From Mobula hypostoma (Eukaryota), in contig NC_086108.1 of assembly GCF_963921235.1 (NCBI RefSeq), forward strand, positions 63,304,001 to 63,368,000: 64,000 bases of DNA, in the 5' to 3' direction. A program made the translations under genes and the position numbers. This document shows, piece after piece, positions 1 through 13,100 of the stretch (positions are counted from its first letter, which is position 1; each line of letters begins with the position of its first letter). The notes beneath the pieces are model-generated. The model was not told the DNA's origin and did no database searches. It saw only the letters and a list, made by a program, of their open reading frames with translations.

Positions 1-556
1 CATCAAGAAAGCTCACCTCTGTCCCAGGATACTGACGGACTTTTACCGCTGTACCATTGAGAGCATACTCACCAACTGCATCTCAGTGTGGTATGGCAAT
101 TGTCCCATATCGGACTGCAACGCACTCCAGCGGCTGGTGAAAACTGCCCAGTGGATTATTGGCACCCAATTGCCCACCATTGAGAACATCTACCATAAAC
201 ACTGCCTGGGCAGGTTGAAAAGCATTATCAGGGATGCATCTCACCCCAACCATGGACTTTTTATCTCCTCCCATCCGGTAGGTGCTACAGGAGCCTCCGC
301 TCCCGCACCAGCAGGCACAGGAAGAGATTCTTTCCTGAGGCTGTGACCCTGCTGAACCTCACATCACAGCGCTAAGCAGTATTGCACCCATGTTAGACTG
401 TCTCAGTACTTTTATACTTGTGTGCTGTAGCACTTACTTTTTTATTGGCAGTTATTTTGTAAATAATACTATTCTTTTGCACTTCTAGTCAGATGCTAAT
501 TGTATTTCATTAGCTTTGTATCTGTCCTCGGCACAATGACAATAAAGTTGAATCTA

Positions 557-890
557 GCAACACACATAAAAGTTGCTGGTGAACGCAGCAGGCCAGGCAG
601 CATCTCTAGGAAGAGGTGCAGTTGACGTTTCAGGCCGAGACCCTTCGTCAGGCCTAACTGAAGGAAAAGTGAGTAAGCCTCCAACTTTCAAATCCCTTAC
701 TCACTGCTCCCCCTCCCCCTCCAACTTTCAAATCCCTTACTCACTCTTCCTTCAGTTAGTCCTGACGAAGGGTCTCGGCCTGAAACGTCGACTGCACCTC
801 TTCCTAGAGATGCTGCCTGGCCTGCTGCGTTCACCAGCAACTTTTATGTGTGTTGCTTGAATTTCCAGCATCTGCAGAATTCCTGTTGTT
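557..890. mobile_element. Non-autonomous PLE-derived fold-back insertion (terminal repeat plus inverted copy)
   Basis: Arms 557-677 and 736-856 are reverse complements (3 mismatches in 121 nt); 14-bp TSD TAAAGTTGAATCTA at 543-556 and 891-904; matches the 3' end of the PLE at 55324-56637. Confidence 0.9.
757..794 (+). ncRNA. Minimal type I hammerhead ribozyme (PLE-associated)
   Basis: UAGUC-CUGACGA-AGG(gucucgg)CCU-GAAA-CG-UC^GACUG: full catalytic core, stem I UAGUC/GACUG, 3-bp stem II, palindromic ACGU stem III. Confidence 0.8.
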
Positions 891-1139
891 TAAAGTTGAA
901 TCTAATCTAATCTAATCTAATAGAACATTCAGAAATCTGGTGGCGGAGGGGAAGAAGCTCTTCCTAAGACATTGAGTGTGTGTCTTAAGGTTTCTTCCCG
1001 ATGGCAATAATGAGAAGAGAGCATGTTAATGGTCTCCAAAAATGGATGCCACCTTCTTGAGGCATCACCTGGATGGTGAGGAGACTAGTGCCCACAATGA
1101 AGGGCACCAGTATATTGACTGGTCTGTTTTGCATTGCAG

Positions 1140-1199
1140 CTCATGAGTAAAGAACTGCCAGGAATATATGGTGAAGCATCTGGAGACTTGGAACAACGG
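1140..1199 (+). CDS. HOOK1: HOOK1 exon (~ex7) [20 protein letters not shown]
   Basis: ttgcag|CTC...CGG|gtaatt; 60 nt, phase 0/0. Confidence 0.88.
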
Positions 1200-4100
1200 G
1201 TAATTAGAAAATATGATCACATTTTACTTTGCTTACATTTGATTATTACGTCCAGAATTTATTCTAACAAATCTGGGTTTAAGCCATTCCTTTAAAACTT
1301 AAACAATAGTATATTTTTAAAGTTAAGTAAAACTCTATTTTTAATCACTATAATCAGCTCTATTCTCAGGCATGTGGACTCAAAATAATAGACAGCACTA
1401 AGCTTTTTTTGAAAGTAAGTGTTTTAATTTACCCATGAAATGTTAGAAAGCAGAACTGCACTGACTGACCAAAAGATTTCAGCAAGCAGTCATTAAATTG
1501 GATGACTTGAATTCCTGTAACAATTTTTTAATAAAGAGCAAATTTGTTAGTGCATCATAAAGACTGGCAGTTAGATGTGAGTGATAAAATTTGGGTAGGA
1601 GAGGGACAAGTAAAAGAAACTTGGTTTTTGGCAAAGGAGAAGATCTATAGCATGGGGAAGGGTGGGGGTGCAGGTGAAATTCCAACAAGGACAGAATAGT
1701 AATGCAGAGACGAAGGTGGAGCAGAGATTCTACATGTACGTTACTCAGTGGTCACTTCATTAGGTGAAGGAGGCACCGAATAAAGTGACCACTGAATGTA
1801 TGTTTATGGTCTTCTGCTGCTGTAGCCCATCTACTTCAAATTTCGGCATGTTGTGTGTTCAGAGATGCTCTTCTGCACACTCCTATTGTAACAAGTGGTT
1901 TTATGAACTACTGTCACCTTCCTGTCAGCTTGAACCAGCCTGGCCATTCTCTTCTGACCTCTCTCATTAATGAGATGTTTTTGCCCAAAGAATCGGCAGC
2001 ACAGTCATTCCACAGTCAAATTCACTTAGAATACATTTCTTTCCCATTCTGTTGTTTGGTCTGAACAATTAAACCTCTTGACCATCTCTGATGCTTTTAT
2101 GCATTGAGTTGCTGCCATATGATTGGCTGATTTGATATTGGTGTACTGATAAGGTAGCCACTGAGTCCACATCTTTAATTTCTTGAAATAATTTTGGATG
2201 AATTCAGATAATCAAGATTTAGTCATTAAAATATTTTACAATGATACATTCCTCTCCAGCATTGATACTGCTAATGCCTTCTCTGCATAGATGTACCAAA
2301 TGAACTCTGCCACGTCAATGTTGTTAATTTTAATCAAAAGAGACACCGCATGAATTTGGCTCATGCCTTTTACTGATGTTATTGATGCTAGTTATTGACA
2401 CTGTTGACATTGGGTATTGGTTAACTTTGATATTCAAGTTAAATTTTTGAGTCAAAGTCTTCCAGGATATTAGAAGGAAATGGAATGTTGTGGTGGGCAT
2501 TAGTAATAGTTAGAGATGAGCTATGTGTAGTTGTGGTCAAGTGTGGTATAGAGGATCCTCATATGTACAGGCCCAATCAGGTAGTTAGGGAAGACCCCAG
2601 TGTGCTAGTTATTGAGTATAATTCTTGTGTGACATTGATGAAAATTTGGGCATTCTCAGAAACTCGGCATATTGTCACTGTTGACAAACATGGGACTACC
2701 ATAAAGATGGGAACTGGGAAGGGAAGCAAGCAAGGGTGCATATCTGTGTTTGATTTGGTAAGCAGGTTGGCTGGCCTGCATTGTTCAGTGAACGGAGAAA
2801 GGATCAAGGTGGTTCTTTTTGAATTTGAGTCCAGTAGTCTGTCAGGGATGGTGTTTTAGAATTTAAAAGGCATTACAATTATGGAACAGATTACCTGTTT
2901 CACCAGGGGCATCACAAATTAGAAGGAATGAGGATTTCATTCAGAGCAACTAATTGCAAAGAAGGTAGAAGTAGAAATATATTCAGAATGAATGTTCTAG
3001 TTTATAGACAACATCGGGTGATCCTTTTCTACATCCTCTCCAAAGCCTCTACATCCCTTCTGTACTGTGCAATCAGAACTGCACACAATTCTCCGAAGTT
3101 CAACGTGGCTGCAGTATGACTTCCCAGCCAGTGAAAGCAAGCATGTTATACACCTCCATTGCCACTCTGAAGACTTGTGTTGCTACTTTAATGGAACAAT
3201 AGGCAAGCAATAATTTAAATGAAAAATATTTTTCTAGCCACCAGGAGGCATAAAGCATAAGAAAACAAAAAGTTTCTACTTCTGATGAAATCAGAAATTG
3301 CAATCTAATTATGTTCAACGTTGGTCTGGCTGAAATCTTTTACCTTTGAGTCTGAGCAAATTCACAGTTGTATAAAAGCATGCAGTCAGGCGGTACAGAA
3401 GCACAAAGATTAAAGAAAAGTGGATTTGAAATAACCTTTTCTATCTTATAATTACAAAATTAAATGTTTTAATGTTGACTACCAGTTGACCCAATACATC
3501 CCTCCTGTTTGTAAAACGTGAGGGAATATTTGTCGTTTATGTTTTCAGCTGCAACATGCCATGGAAGACCTGAATGATGCTTTGGTGGAGAAGAAAGAGT
3601 TGGCACACCGGTGCCAGGAATTGGATGTTCAGGTCAGTGTACAGAAAGCTGCTTTATAATCTGCATTTGAAGAATGAGCTTCAACCATACCTCAGCATGT
3701 TCAGCCAGTGTCAGTCTTCGATTATCTGGGAGTGAAGATGTGAAAGGAAGAAAAAATTGAGTTCACTATCTTTGTGTTTATAAAAGCCTATAAAGTAGAT
3801 TGGAAAGAGGGTCCAGTATGCTTCTTCACTTGCTCAGTGTCCCTATGAAACAATAATTTCCCCTCAAATGAGTGTTTGGTGAGAATAGTGAAATGCTTGT
3901 GTACTTTTTGATTTGTATTTGCATTCGGATTACATTGAAGAATCTTGATTATTGCTTATTTGCTAAGGCATATAACACTTATGCAGAAATGTATTTAGCC
4001 TTGTACAGTACAAACTAAATGCTTATCTGAACTATTAATGTCTATTTATAAATAGCACTATGAAATATGAGGTGCAGCTATGTTTTTGCTGTAACTAATT

Positions 4101-7100
4101 ATCTTAAATTCAGAATTGCAGTATTGAGTTACAAGGCTGAGGTGTGGAAATCTAGTGGTTATTTGTTCTGATGGAACAAGTAAATAGATTCCTATTTATC
4201 CGACACCTTGTTTGATCTACTGATGGAAGGGGAGCCTCTTAAAGTTTCTACCTGAATCTGATGGTAGCTTCAATAATCTGTATTAGACTAAGGAAAGAGA
4301 AGAGGATTGGTATGGCCTTGGGAAATGAAGCAAAACCAAAGGTTTAGGCGGCACTGTATTATTTTCTAACTTCATGAGTAATCACAGGTACCAAGAGGAA
4401 GAGATTGAAATTTGATCTTTGATGTATACATGCAATGTGCTGGCATTTTCATGCTGTAAGCCACCTCGGAAATTTGTTTTCCTCAAAGTTGCATTTTCTT
4501 GCATTTCATTGGACTCATTTTTTGGGAGGAACTTTAGTCAGAATGGTTTTTAAGAGGTCCAGAGGCTTGAAGGGTGAGTGCATTACAAATGCTTTATTAT
4601 ATTCCCCGCTGGACCTTGGATAACATTTATGTGTTATCTACGTGTGGGTGATATGGTAGCACAACTGGTGAAGTTGCTCTCCCACAGCTCCAGTGGCAAT
4701 TTGTACTCTTCATATGAGTTAGCTCATTCTCGTTGTGGCTTTGAGAGTTTCACTGAGTACATTGCTTTCTGCCCACATTCCAAAATTGGGTCAGTAGCTT
4801 TATTCACCTTTGTAAATTATCCTAGCATGATAGTTAGTGGTAGATGGGGATCTTTGAGAATAAACATAGAACATAGAATAGTACAGCACAGTACAGGCCC
4901 TTCGGCCCACAAAGTTGTGCCGACTCTCAAACCCTGCCTCCCATATGTCCCCACCTTAGATTGTCTAGTAGTCTCTTAAACTTCACTAGTGTACCTGCCT
5001 CCCCCACTGACTCAGGCAGTGCATTCCACACATCAACCACTCTCTGAGTAAAAAACCTTCCTCTAATATCCCCCTTGAATTTCCCACCCTTTACCTTAAA
5101 GCCATGTCCTCTTGTATTGAGCAGTGGTGCGCTGGAGAAGAGGCGCTGGCTATCCACTCTATCTATTCCTCTTATTATCTTGTACACCTCTATCATGCCT
5201 CCTCTCATCCTCCTTCTCTCCAAAGAGTAAAGCCCTAGCTCCCTTAATCTCTGATCATAATGCATACTCTCTAAACCAGGCAGCATCCTGGTAAATCTTC
5301 TCTGTATCCTTTCCAATGCTGCCACATCCTTCCTATAGTGAGGCGACCAGAATTGAACACAGTACTCCAAGTGTGGCCTAACCAGAGTTTTATAGAGCTG
5401 CATCATTACATCTCGACTCTTAAACTCTGTCCCTCAACTTATGAAAGCTAACACCCCATAAGCTTTCTTAACTACCCTATCCACCTGTGAGGCAACCTTC
5501 AGGGATTTGTGGACAGGTACCCCCAGATCCCTCTGCTCCTCCACACTACCAAGTATCCTGCCATTTACTTTGTACTCTGCCTTGGAGTTTGTCCTTCCAA
5601 AGTGTACCACCTCACACAAAATAGGAAAATAGTGTGGGATTAATATAATGGGTACTTGATCATTGGTCAGAATCGATGATCTTATGTTCACTTTCTGTGC
5701 CATGTAACTCCATGTATTTTTTGTTATATATTAATCCAGTGATATGGCCTATGTAGATATGAGCACTATTTAATTTCCTATCTCTATTTGCCTTTGAGAG
5801 GTGGTAGAAAGCTAACTTCTTGAACTGCCATTGTCCTTGTGGTGTGCGTATACTCACAAAGCTGTTAGTGAGGGAATTCTAGGATTTTGACCTAGTGAGG
5901 GTGAGGGGGGGGGGTGGTTGATATATTTTTTTATATACTTTATATACTTAATATACTTTCCAAGTATATCTGGTATGTGGCATAGACGTCTCCATACTTT
6001 GGCTACTCTTTTTCTTCTATCTGGCAGAGGTCATGAGTGCTAAAAGTGCTGTCTAATAGTCTTGGTGACTATCCTAAAGTATTTGGTCCCCACATCTTCA
6101 TATGAAAAAAGTGAAAGGAAACCTGCAGCTTATTGATAACAACTCCCTTTGTGAATGATTGTAGCTTTAGCAGATCACTCATTTCACCAGAATAAGATGT
6201 AAATACTTATCGAATTCTTGGACTGGACATCTCTTCTTGCATTTTCTGATGTCAGGATGCTTTCTAGGACCCCATTAGCATTTAAGGGAACATTTCCAGA
6301 TAAGGGAAAAAAGGCTGCATTATTTTAAAATGTCTTAATAAATAGAATTTCAAAAATCAAAAATAAAAACTTTTTGAAGTGCTTTGGTAATTAAGTAAGC
6401 AACATTTGTCTACTTATGATATTTAATGCATTAGAGGTAGTGTGTTTAATACATCCATATGCAACTAGACAATGCATAACATGACCTTTGCTGCCTGGGC
6501 AATGAGGATAAATTGAAAGTACATATACCTGTAGTTAACTACAAACTCTTCACAGTCAACTTAACACTCTTTTCACCTTGTGCAGAAGGAGAGAGGACTG
6601 GGGATATATCAATTCAAACTCCTCTAATGCATTTCCTGTATCTTTCCCAATATCAATGTAAGAAGATTTTAAGCACATCACATACACAATCACAGGGAAA
6701 GGGGAAAGTCAGTGTTTTTAAAGAAGAAGATTCCAAAATTGGGAGGAAATTCTTTATTAAATGGATATTCTTCCCTTATTTTGTTCCACACATCTTATTT
6801 AGAAATTCAGATGTCCATCACGTCATTCAGAAATGAGAATAAATGTTGAGCAGATATTGCTGCACCAATCACTGTCATGACATCATGCTTTACCAATTCA
6901 ATTGTAGCCCACATAAAAATGTGATTTGGCTAAAATAAAAAGTTTTCCAAACTACATTTTTTAATATTGGATTTTTTTACTGTGCTTTATTAACTGTAAT
7001 GCACAATACAATCTTGCTAGATGTCATTTCAATTGGATTTCTTTTTTGATTTTCATTATTACGTCATTTTGAAACTGTTTGAAAGCAGTAAAATCTAGTG

Positions 7101-10100
7101 AGTGTAATGACTTAACACAAAAATTATTTTATTTATGATTCAAGAAAAATGAATGCCATAAATCAAGAATATGACTGAGAATCATGTAAGAACTGTACAT
7201 TGGAGCACACAAAGGCCACTCATTTTAATTTTGTAAACAAACTAATTTTATCCTAATGGCAAGAGGAATAAGGAAAAAATATAAAGAGAATGGCAAATTG
7301 GCCATTAGTATCATATTTGCAAAATATGTACTGTATCTTCTGTAGCTACTAGGGTATGGTCATATGATAGGGATGTACATGATGCCGTATATTCATAACA
7401 CAAAGTCAAGCATGGATAGTGTAGAGTTTTCTAACGTACTTTGGGCATTGAGCTTCGACTCAGAAATACAATATTCATATGTTACAGTTTAAGATAAAGT
7501 TGTACACTTCCTCTGTAGTTTTTTCATCAAATTATAATGAAAGTGCCATAAACCTTGATAATTGGGACACCCATGTACTTGTAAGCAAGAAAATCAACAA
7601 TATTTGAATCCTAGTTAGGTATGCAGGAAGAAGAAATAATGAGGTACTTGTCTGGAAAATGATGTTTCGAGACGTGGAGATTAAGTTAAATGATCAGAGA
7701 TTAATTTAGATGAGGCTGGTACTCTCTTAAACTGAGAAGAATAAGTGGGGATCTCCTTGAAAGATTGAAAATTTTTGCTAAGCTTGACAGAATAGATGCA
7801 AAGTAACTGTTTCCCCTGGTTGTGGTGTCCAGAACCAAGATCCCAGTATCAACGTAAAGGCTTATCGTTCAGGACAGAGATGAGGAGAAATTTCTTCACT
7901 GTAAGCACAATGAATTTTCAACCCAAGAAATATGTTGAAGACCAAGGTCAAAATGTTTATAGGTCTTAAGGAATTGTGGAATACAAGAATAGTGCAGAAA
8001 AGAGGCTCTGGGGTAAAAGAGCTTATTAAATGGCAGAATAGGCTACACCTACATATGCTTCCTATTTTATGTTATTCCATCTGACTATGTTGGTGTTCCT
8101 TTTCTGATTCCAAATTTGTTGTCCACAGTGATTTGCCACATTACAGAAGTTACTTTTAAAATATTAGACATTAATAAATAATGTCCTCTAAAATGATTTT
8201 TTTTCCCCTTAAGATCATATCCACTGATTCATTCATTGCTCTTCCCTTTGTTTTCCTTAAATACGTTTAGCCTTGATTAAAACTATAGTAACATAAACAA
8301 ATATTGGAGAGCCCCCATCTTTGTTTGAATTTTCTACTAGACTTATGAATGATAAATTAATTCAATGAAGTTCTTTACCCAATGTGTTCAAATTCTTGTG
8401 CATATTACCACTTAGCGTAGTTGTGACAATTTGTCTCGATGCATTTAAATGGTAGTCGGACACAGGAGGGAGAAAGTAATGGAAGGAAATCCAGAGAGGA
8501 TGGCTGGAAGCAAACTGTGAAGGTCTTCATTCGACACAGTAAGCTGAATGACTTCCATATAAAACACAACATTTCATGAAATGAAACGTCAAATTATTTT
8601 TAATGCATTATGACTTAGTGTGCTATCTTCAGTTGAAGTAAATTCCATTGTATTGTAAAACAGTTCTATTGATTACCTTGTAAAGAGAATATTGCCATTG
8701 CAGAGAATGGAGAGAACAACTAGATCTTTTGTCACTTTATTTGAATGGAATTGTTTGATTCATTGCAAAAGGCAAAGCCACAAGATGCCATTTTGCTTCT
8801 TCAAAAGTGTACTATTAATGATAATTGTCCATGGAAATAGTGCTTTGTATATCTAGCCAAATAAATTTTTGCTTGGAGCTATATTGCTATAATAGTGCTG
8901 TTGTTGTAATCGCCCAGGGTGTACCTGTAATTCACACCCACACCTTCCATATGTTGGCTGACTCGGTCATGGATGTGATTGTTAGAGCTATCTGGTAAAC
9001 ACAATTACAACAATGCAAGGCACTGTTACATGGAAACATGATATTAATGGACAAAAAACCTTCTTGCCATCATAATGTCCTATTCTTCACAGCCATGTAA
9101 TTTCTTGAATACAGAGGGAAAGAACTGGAAACAAAAACTTTGGGGAAATTAATCAGCAAAACCCGAGTGAATGCCTCTCAGACCCTTCAGACAATCCAAT
9201 TATTCAGGAGATTTTATTGTTTATTTACGTATTGACTATTAATCTATGTAAATAGATTTAGGTATTTGGGTTAAATTGTTAACATGTCAAAGAATATGTA
9301 ACTACTTCTAGGTTTCTGCTCTACAAGAAGAAAGAAACAGTTTGTTGGCTGATAATGGCCTTCTAACAGAGAAAATACACCAGATGGATGCATTTGATGA
9401 CCCACACCTTGCAAGCAAGTACTTTAATGTTCAGCTACAGCTTGAACAAATGCAAGAAGAGAACTATAGGTTTGTGATTGATTTTGGTTCATTTAATCTG
9501 TGCAGTAAATGTGAGATGCGGGCATCAGTATTGGAACCATACCTTTTACAAAAGAGAAAGGCTGTTGAAGTCAAAGGTCAATCGCCCTAATCCCAGGACA
9601 TCACTACAGGGGCTCCTCAAGACAGTGTTAACTCATTTTCTGCAGCTTCATCAATTGAAGATTAAATATTAGCTTTATTTGTGATAGGGACATCGAAACA
9701 TACAGAGAAATGTGTCATTTGTATCAACAACCAACATAGTCCAAGGATTATGCTGGGGGCAGCCCACAAGTATCTTCCTAACATCATAAGCTCAGAGATA
9801 GGGGCGTTAACTAATGACTGCACAATGCTCAATTCCATTGTCAACTCCTTAACTCACAGGACCCTTGTCTCAAAGTTATCTAGATCTTGTTTCATTGAAA
9901 CATGAAAATGGCTTCATGAAACAGGACCTAGATAACTTTGAGGCAAGGGCTGGCAAGTAACAATCTGGCTACAAGAGGTGCCAGGCTATGGCCATCTTCA
10001 ACAAGAGGCAGCCTAACTGTAAGACTATAAGACCATATGACATAGGAGCAGAATTTGACCATTCAGCACATCGAGTCTGCTCCACTATTCCATCATGGCT

Positions 10101-13100
10101 GATCCTGGATCCCACTCAACCCCATGCACTTGCCTTCTCACCATGCCCACTGATGCCCTGACCAATTAGGAAAATATCCACTCCCGCCTTAAATATACAC
10201 ACGGATTTGGCCTCCACCACAGTCAGTGGCAGAGATTTCCACAGATTCACTACTCTCTGGCTTAAAAAAAAATCCTTCTCACCTCTGTTCTAAAGGGCTG
10301 CCCCTCAATTTTGATGCTGTGCCCTCTAGTTCTGGATACTCCCACCATAGGAAATTATCCTCTCCACATCCACCCTGTCTAGACCTTTCAATATTCAGTA
10401 GGTTTCAATCCTCCCACGTTCTTCTAAATTCCAGTGAGTACAGGCCCAAAACTGGCCAATGCTCCTCCTGTATTAACTCCTTCAGTCCCAGAATCATCCT
10501 CATGAAGCTCTTCTGGACTCTGTCTGATGACAACACATCCTTTCTGAGATATGAGGCCCAAAACTGTTGACTGTGCTCCAAGTGTGGCTTGACTAGTGTC
10601 TTATAAAGGCTCAGCGTTATCTCCTTGCTTTTATATTCTATTCCCCTTGAAATAAATACCAACATTGCATTTGCGTTCTTTACCACAGACTCAACCTGTA
10701 AATTAACCTTCTGGGAGCCTTGCACGAAGACTCCCAAGTCCCTCTGCACCGGTAATGTTTGAACCTTTCCCCATTTAGATAATAATCTGCACTATTGTTG
10801 CCTTCACCAAAATGCATTATCATACAGTTTCCAACACTATTCCATCTGCCACTTTTTGGCCTATTCTTCTAATTTATCTAAGTCCTGCTGCAATCACATT
10901 GCTTTCTCAGCACTACCTACTCTTCTACCTAGCTTTGTATCATCCGTAAACTTTGCCAAATAGTTGTCAATTCCACTGCATCTCCTTTGTCCAGCCTGCT
11001 TGTTACTTCCTGAAATAAATCTAACAGATTTGTCAGGCAGGATTTCCCTTCACAGAAACCATGCTGACTTTGACTTATTTTATCAATAGTCTCCAAATAC
11101 CTCCAAACCTCATCCTTAATAATAGACCTGCAATACTTTCTCAACCACTGAGGTTAAGCTAACTGGCTTATCATTTCCTTCCTTTTGCTTTCCTCCCTTC
11201 TTAAAGAGTAGAGTGACATTTGCAATTTTCTAGTCCTCCGGGATCATGCCAGAATCAAGAAGTGATTCTTGAAAGACCATGACCAATGCATCAGTTATCT
11301 CTTCAGTAACCTCTCTCAGGACTCTGGGATGTAGTCCATCTGGTCCAGGTGACTTATCCACCTTAAGACCTTTGAGTTTGCCTAGCACTTTTTCCTTTGT
11401 AATGGCAATAGTACTCACTCCTGCTCCCTAACATGGACCTTTGGCACACAGATAGTGGTCTTCCACAGTGAAGACTGATGCAAAGTATCCCAGATGTTCA
11501 TCTGCCATTTCTTTGTCCCCTATTAGTATATCACCAGTATCATTTTCCAGTGGTCCAATATCAATTCTTGTCTCCCTTTTACTCTTTATATAACTGAAAA
11601 TACTTTTAGTATCCTGCTTTATATTATTGGCTAGTCTGCCCTCGTATCTCATCTTTTCCCTTCTTATAGCTTTAGCCTTTTGTTGGATTTTAAAAGCTTC
11701 CCAATCATCCAACTTCCCACTCACTTTTGCTACCTAATATGTTCTTTCCTGGGCTTTTATGCCCTTTCCTTGGCTTATATGAGATCCTTAACTTCCTTTG
11801 TTAGCCACGGTTGCCTACCCCTGCCATTTGAGAACTTCTTCCTCTGTAGGATATATCTATCCTGTGCTTTGAGAACTATTCTCAGAAATTTCTGCCATCT
11901 TCCCCACCAGTGTCCTCCTCCAATCAACCTGGGCAAGCTCCTCTCTCATGCCTCTGTAATTCCCTTTATTCCATTCCGATACTGATACACGTCACTTATG
12001 CTTCTCCCTGTCAGATAGCAGTCTGAATTCAATCATTTTGATAACTTTCTCCTAGGGGTTCTATTACCTTAAGCTCCCTAGTAAGATCTAGGTTGTTATA
12101 CAACACCCAATCTAAGGTGGTCTTTCCCTGCATAGGCTCAAGCACAAGCTGCTCTAAAAAGCTATCTTGTAGATATTCAACAAATTCCCCCCTCTTGCAA
12201 TTTGACACCAATCTGATTTCCCCAATCGCCTTGCATATTGAAGTCCCCCATTACAATTAACCGCGGGGTGCAAAAAGTCTTTTTTTTAAAAAAAACACTG
12301 CTCTGGGAGAAGGGTCTGCACTGCGCAGGCGTATGACGTAGCGCACCAAGGTTTAAAAACAGACTACCATATACAGCAGGCAGCAGAGTGAGAGGGAGCA
12401 GAGTGGGATGGCTTTGGCTCAACAGGCTTCGGCGAGAACAGGCAGAGGCCAGGGTAGGTTCCGGTAAGTTTTTTGTCCAGTTTGTTCAGAGTAGAGAGAA
12501 TGCCAGGCAGGATGTTGGAATGCTCCTTGCAGGATCTGGGAAGTCAGGGAGCCCTCCAGTGTCCCTGACAACAACATCTGCAAGAAGTGCATCCAGCTGC
12601 AGCTCCTAACAAACCGCGTTAGGGAACTGGAGCAGGAGCTGGATGACCTCCGGATCATTCGGGAGAATGAGGAGATTATAGTTCGTAGCTACAGTGAGGT
12701 AGTTATGCCAAAGGAGCAGAGCACAGGAAATTGAGTCACTTTCAGGTGAGGGAAGAGGAAAGGACAGGCAGAGCAGGGTTCCCCTGTGGCCATTCCCCTC
12801 AACAACAAGAATACCGCATTGGATACTGTTGGGAGGGGGGGGGGGATACTTACTTGGAACAAGCTGCAGCAGCCAGATCTCTGGCACGGAATCTGGTTCA
12901 GCAGTGCAGAAGGGAGGGGGGAGAAAGAGGAGAGCAGTAGTGATAGGGGACTCGATAGTTAGAGGTGCAGATAGGAGGTTCTGTGATCGTGACAGAGAAT
13001 CCAGGATGGTTTGTTGCCTCCCAGGTGCCAGGGTCAGGGATGTCTCTGAACGATTGCATGACATTCTGAAATGGGAGGGTGATCAGCCAGATTGGTACCA

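Larger units (their letters stand above)
1..920 (+). mobile_element. Rex1/Babar-like LINE 3' fragment with (AATCT)n tail, interrupted at 557-890
   Basis: ORF 86..346 (WYGNC...LQRLVKTAQWIIG..LP...SIIRDASHP) is the typical C-terminus of this group; AATAAA and microsatellite tail follow. Confidence 0.75.

Noticed and set aside
496..860. Overlapping ORFs with the same peptide on both strands (also 35546.., 55266..)
   Set aside because: Artefact of the palindromic PLE terminal repeat; no evidence of coding function.
2460..2860. ORFs 2485..2859 and 2577..2807 as a nested gene
   Set aside because: No recognisable motifs or splice context; probably a decayed repeat that I cannot classify.
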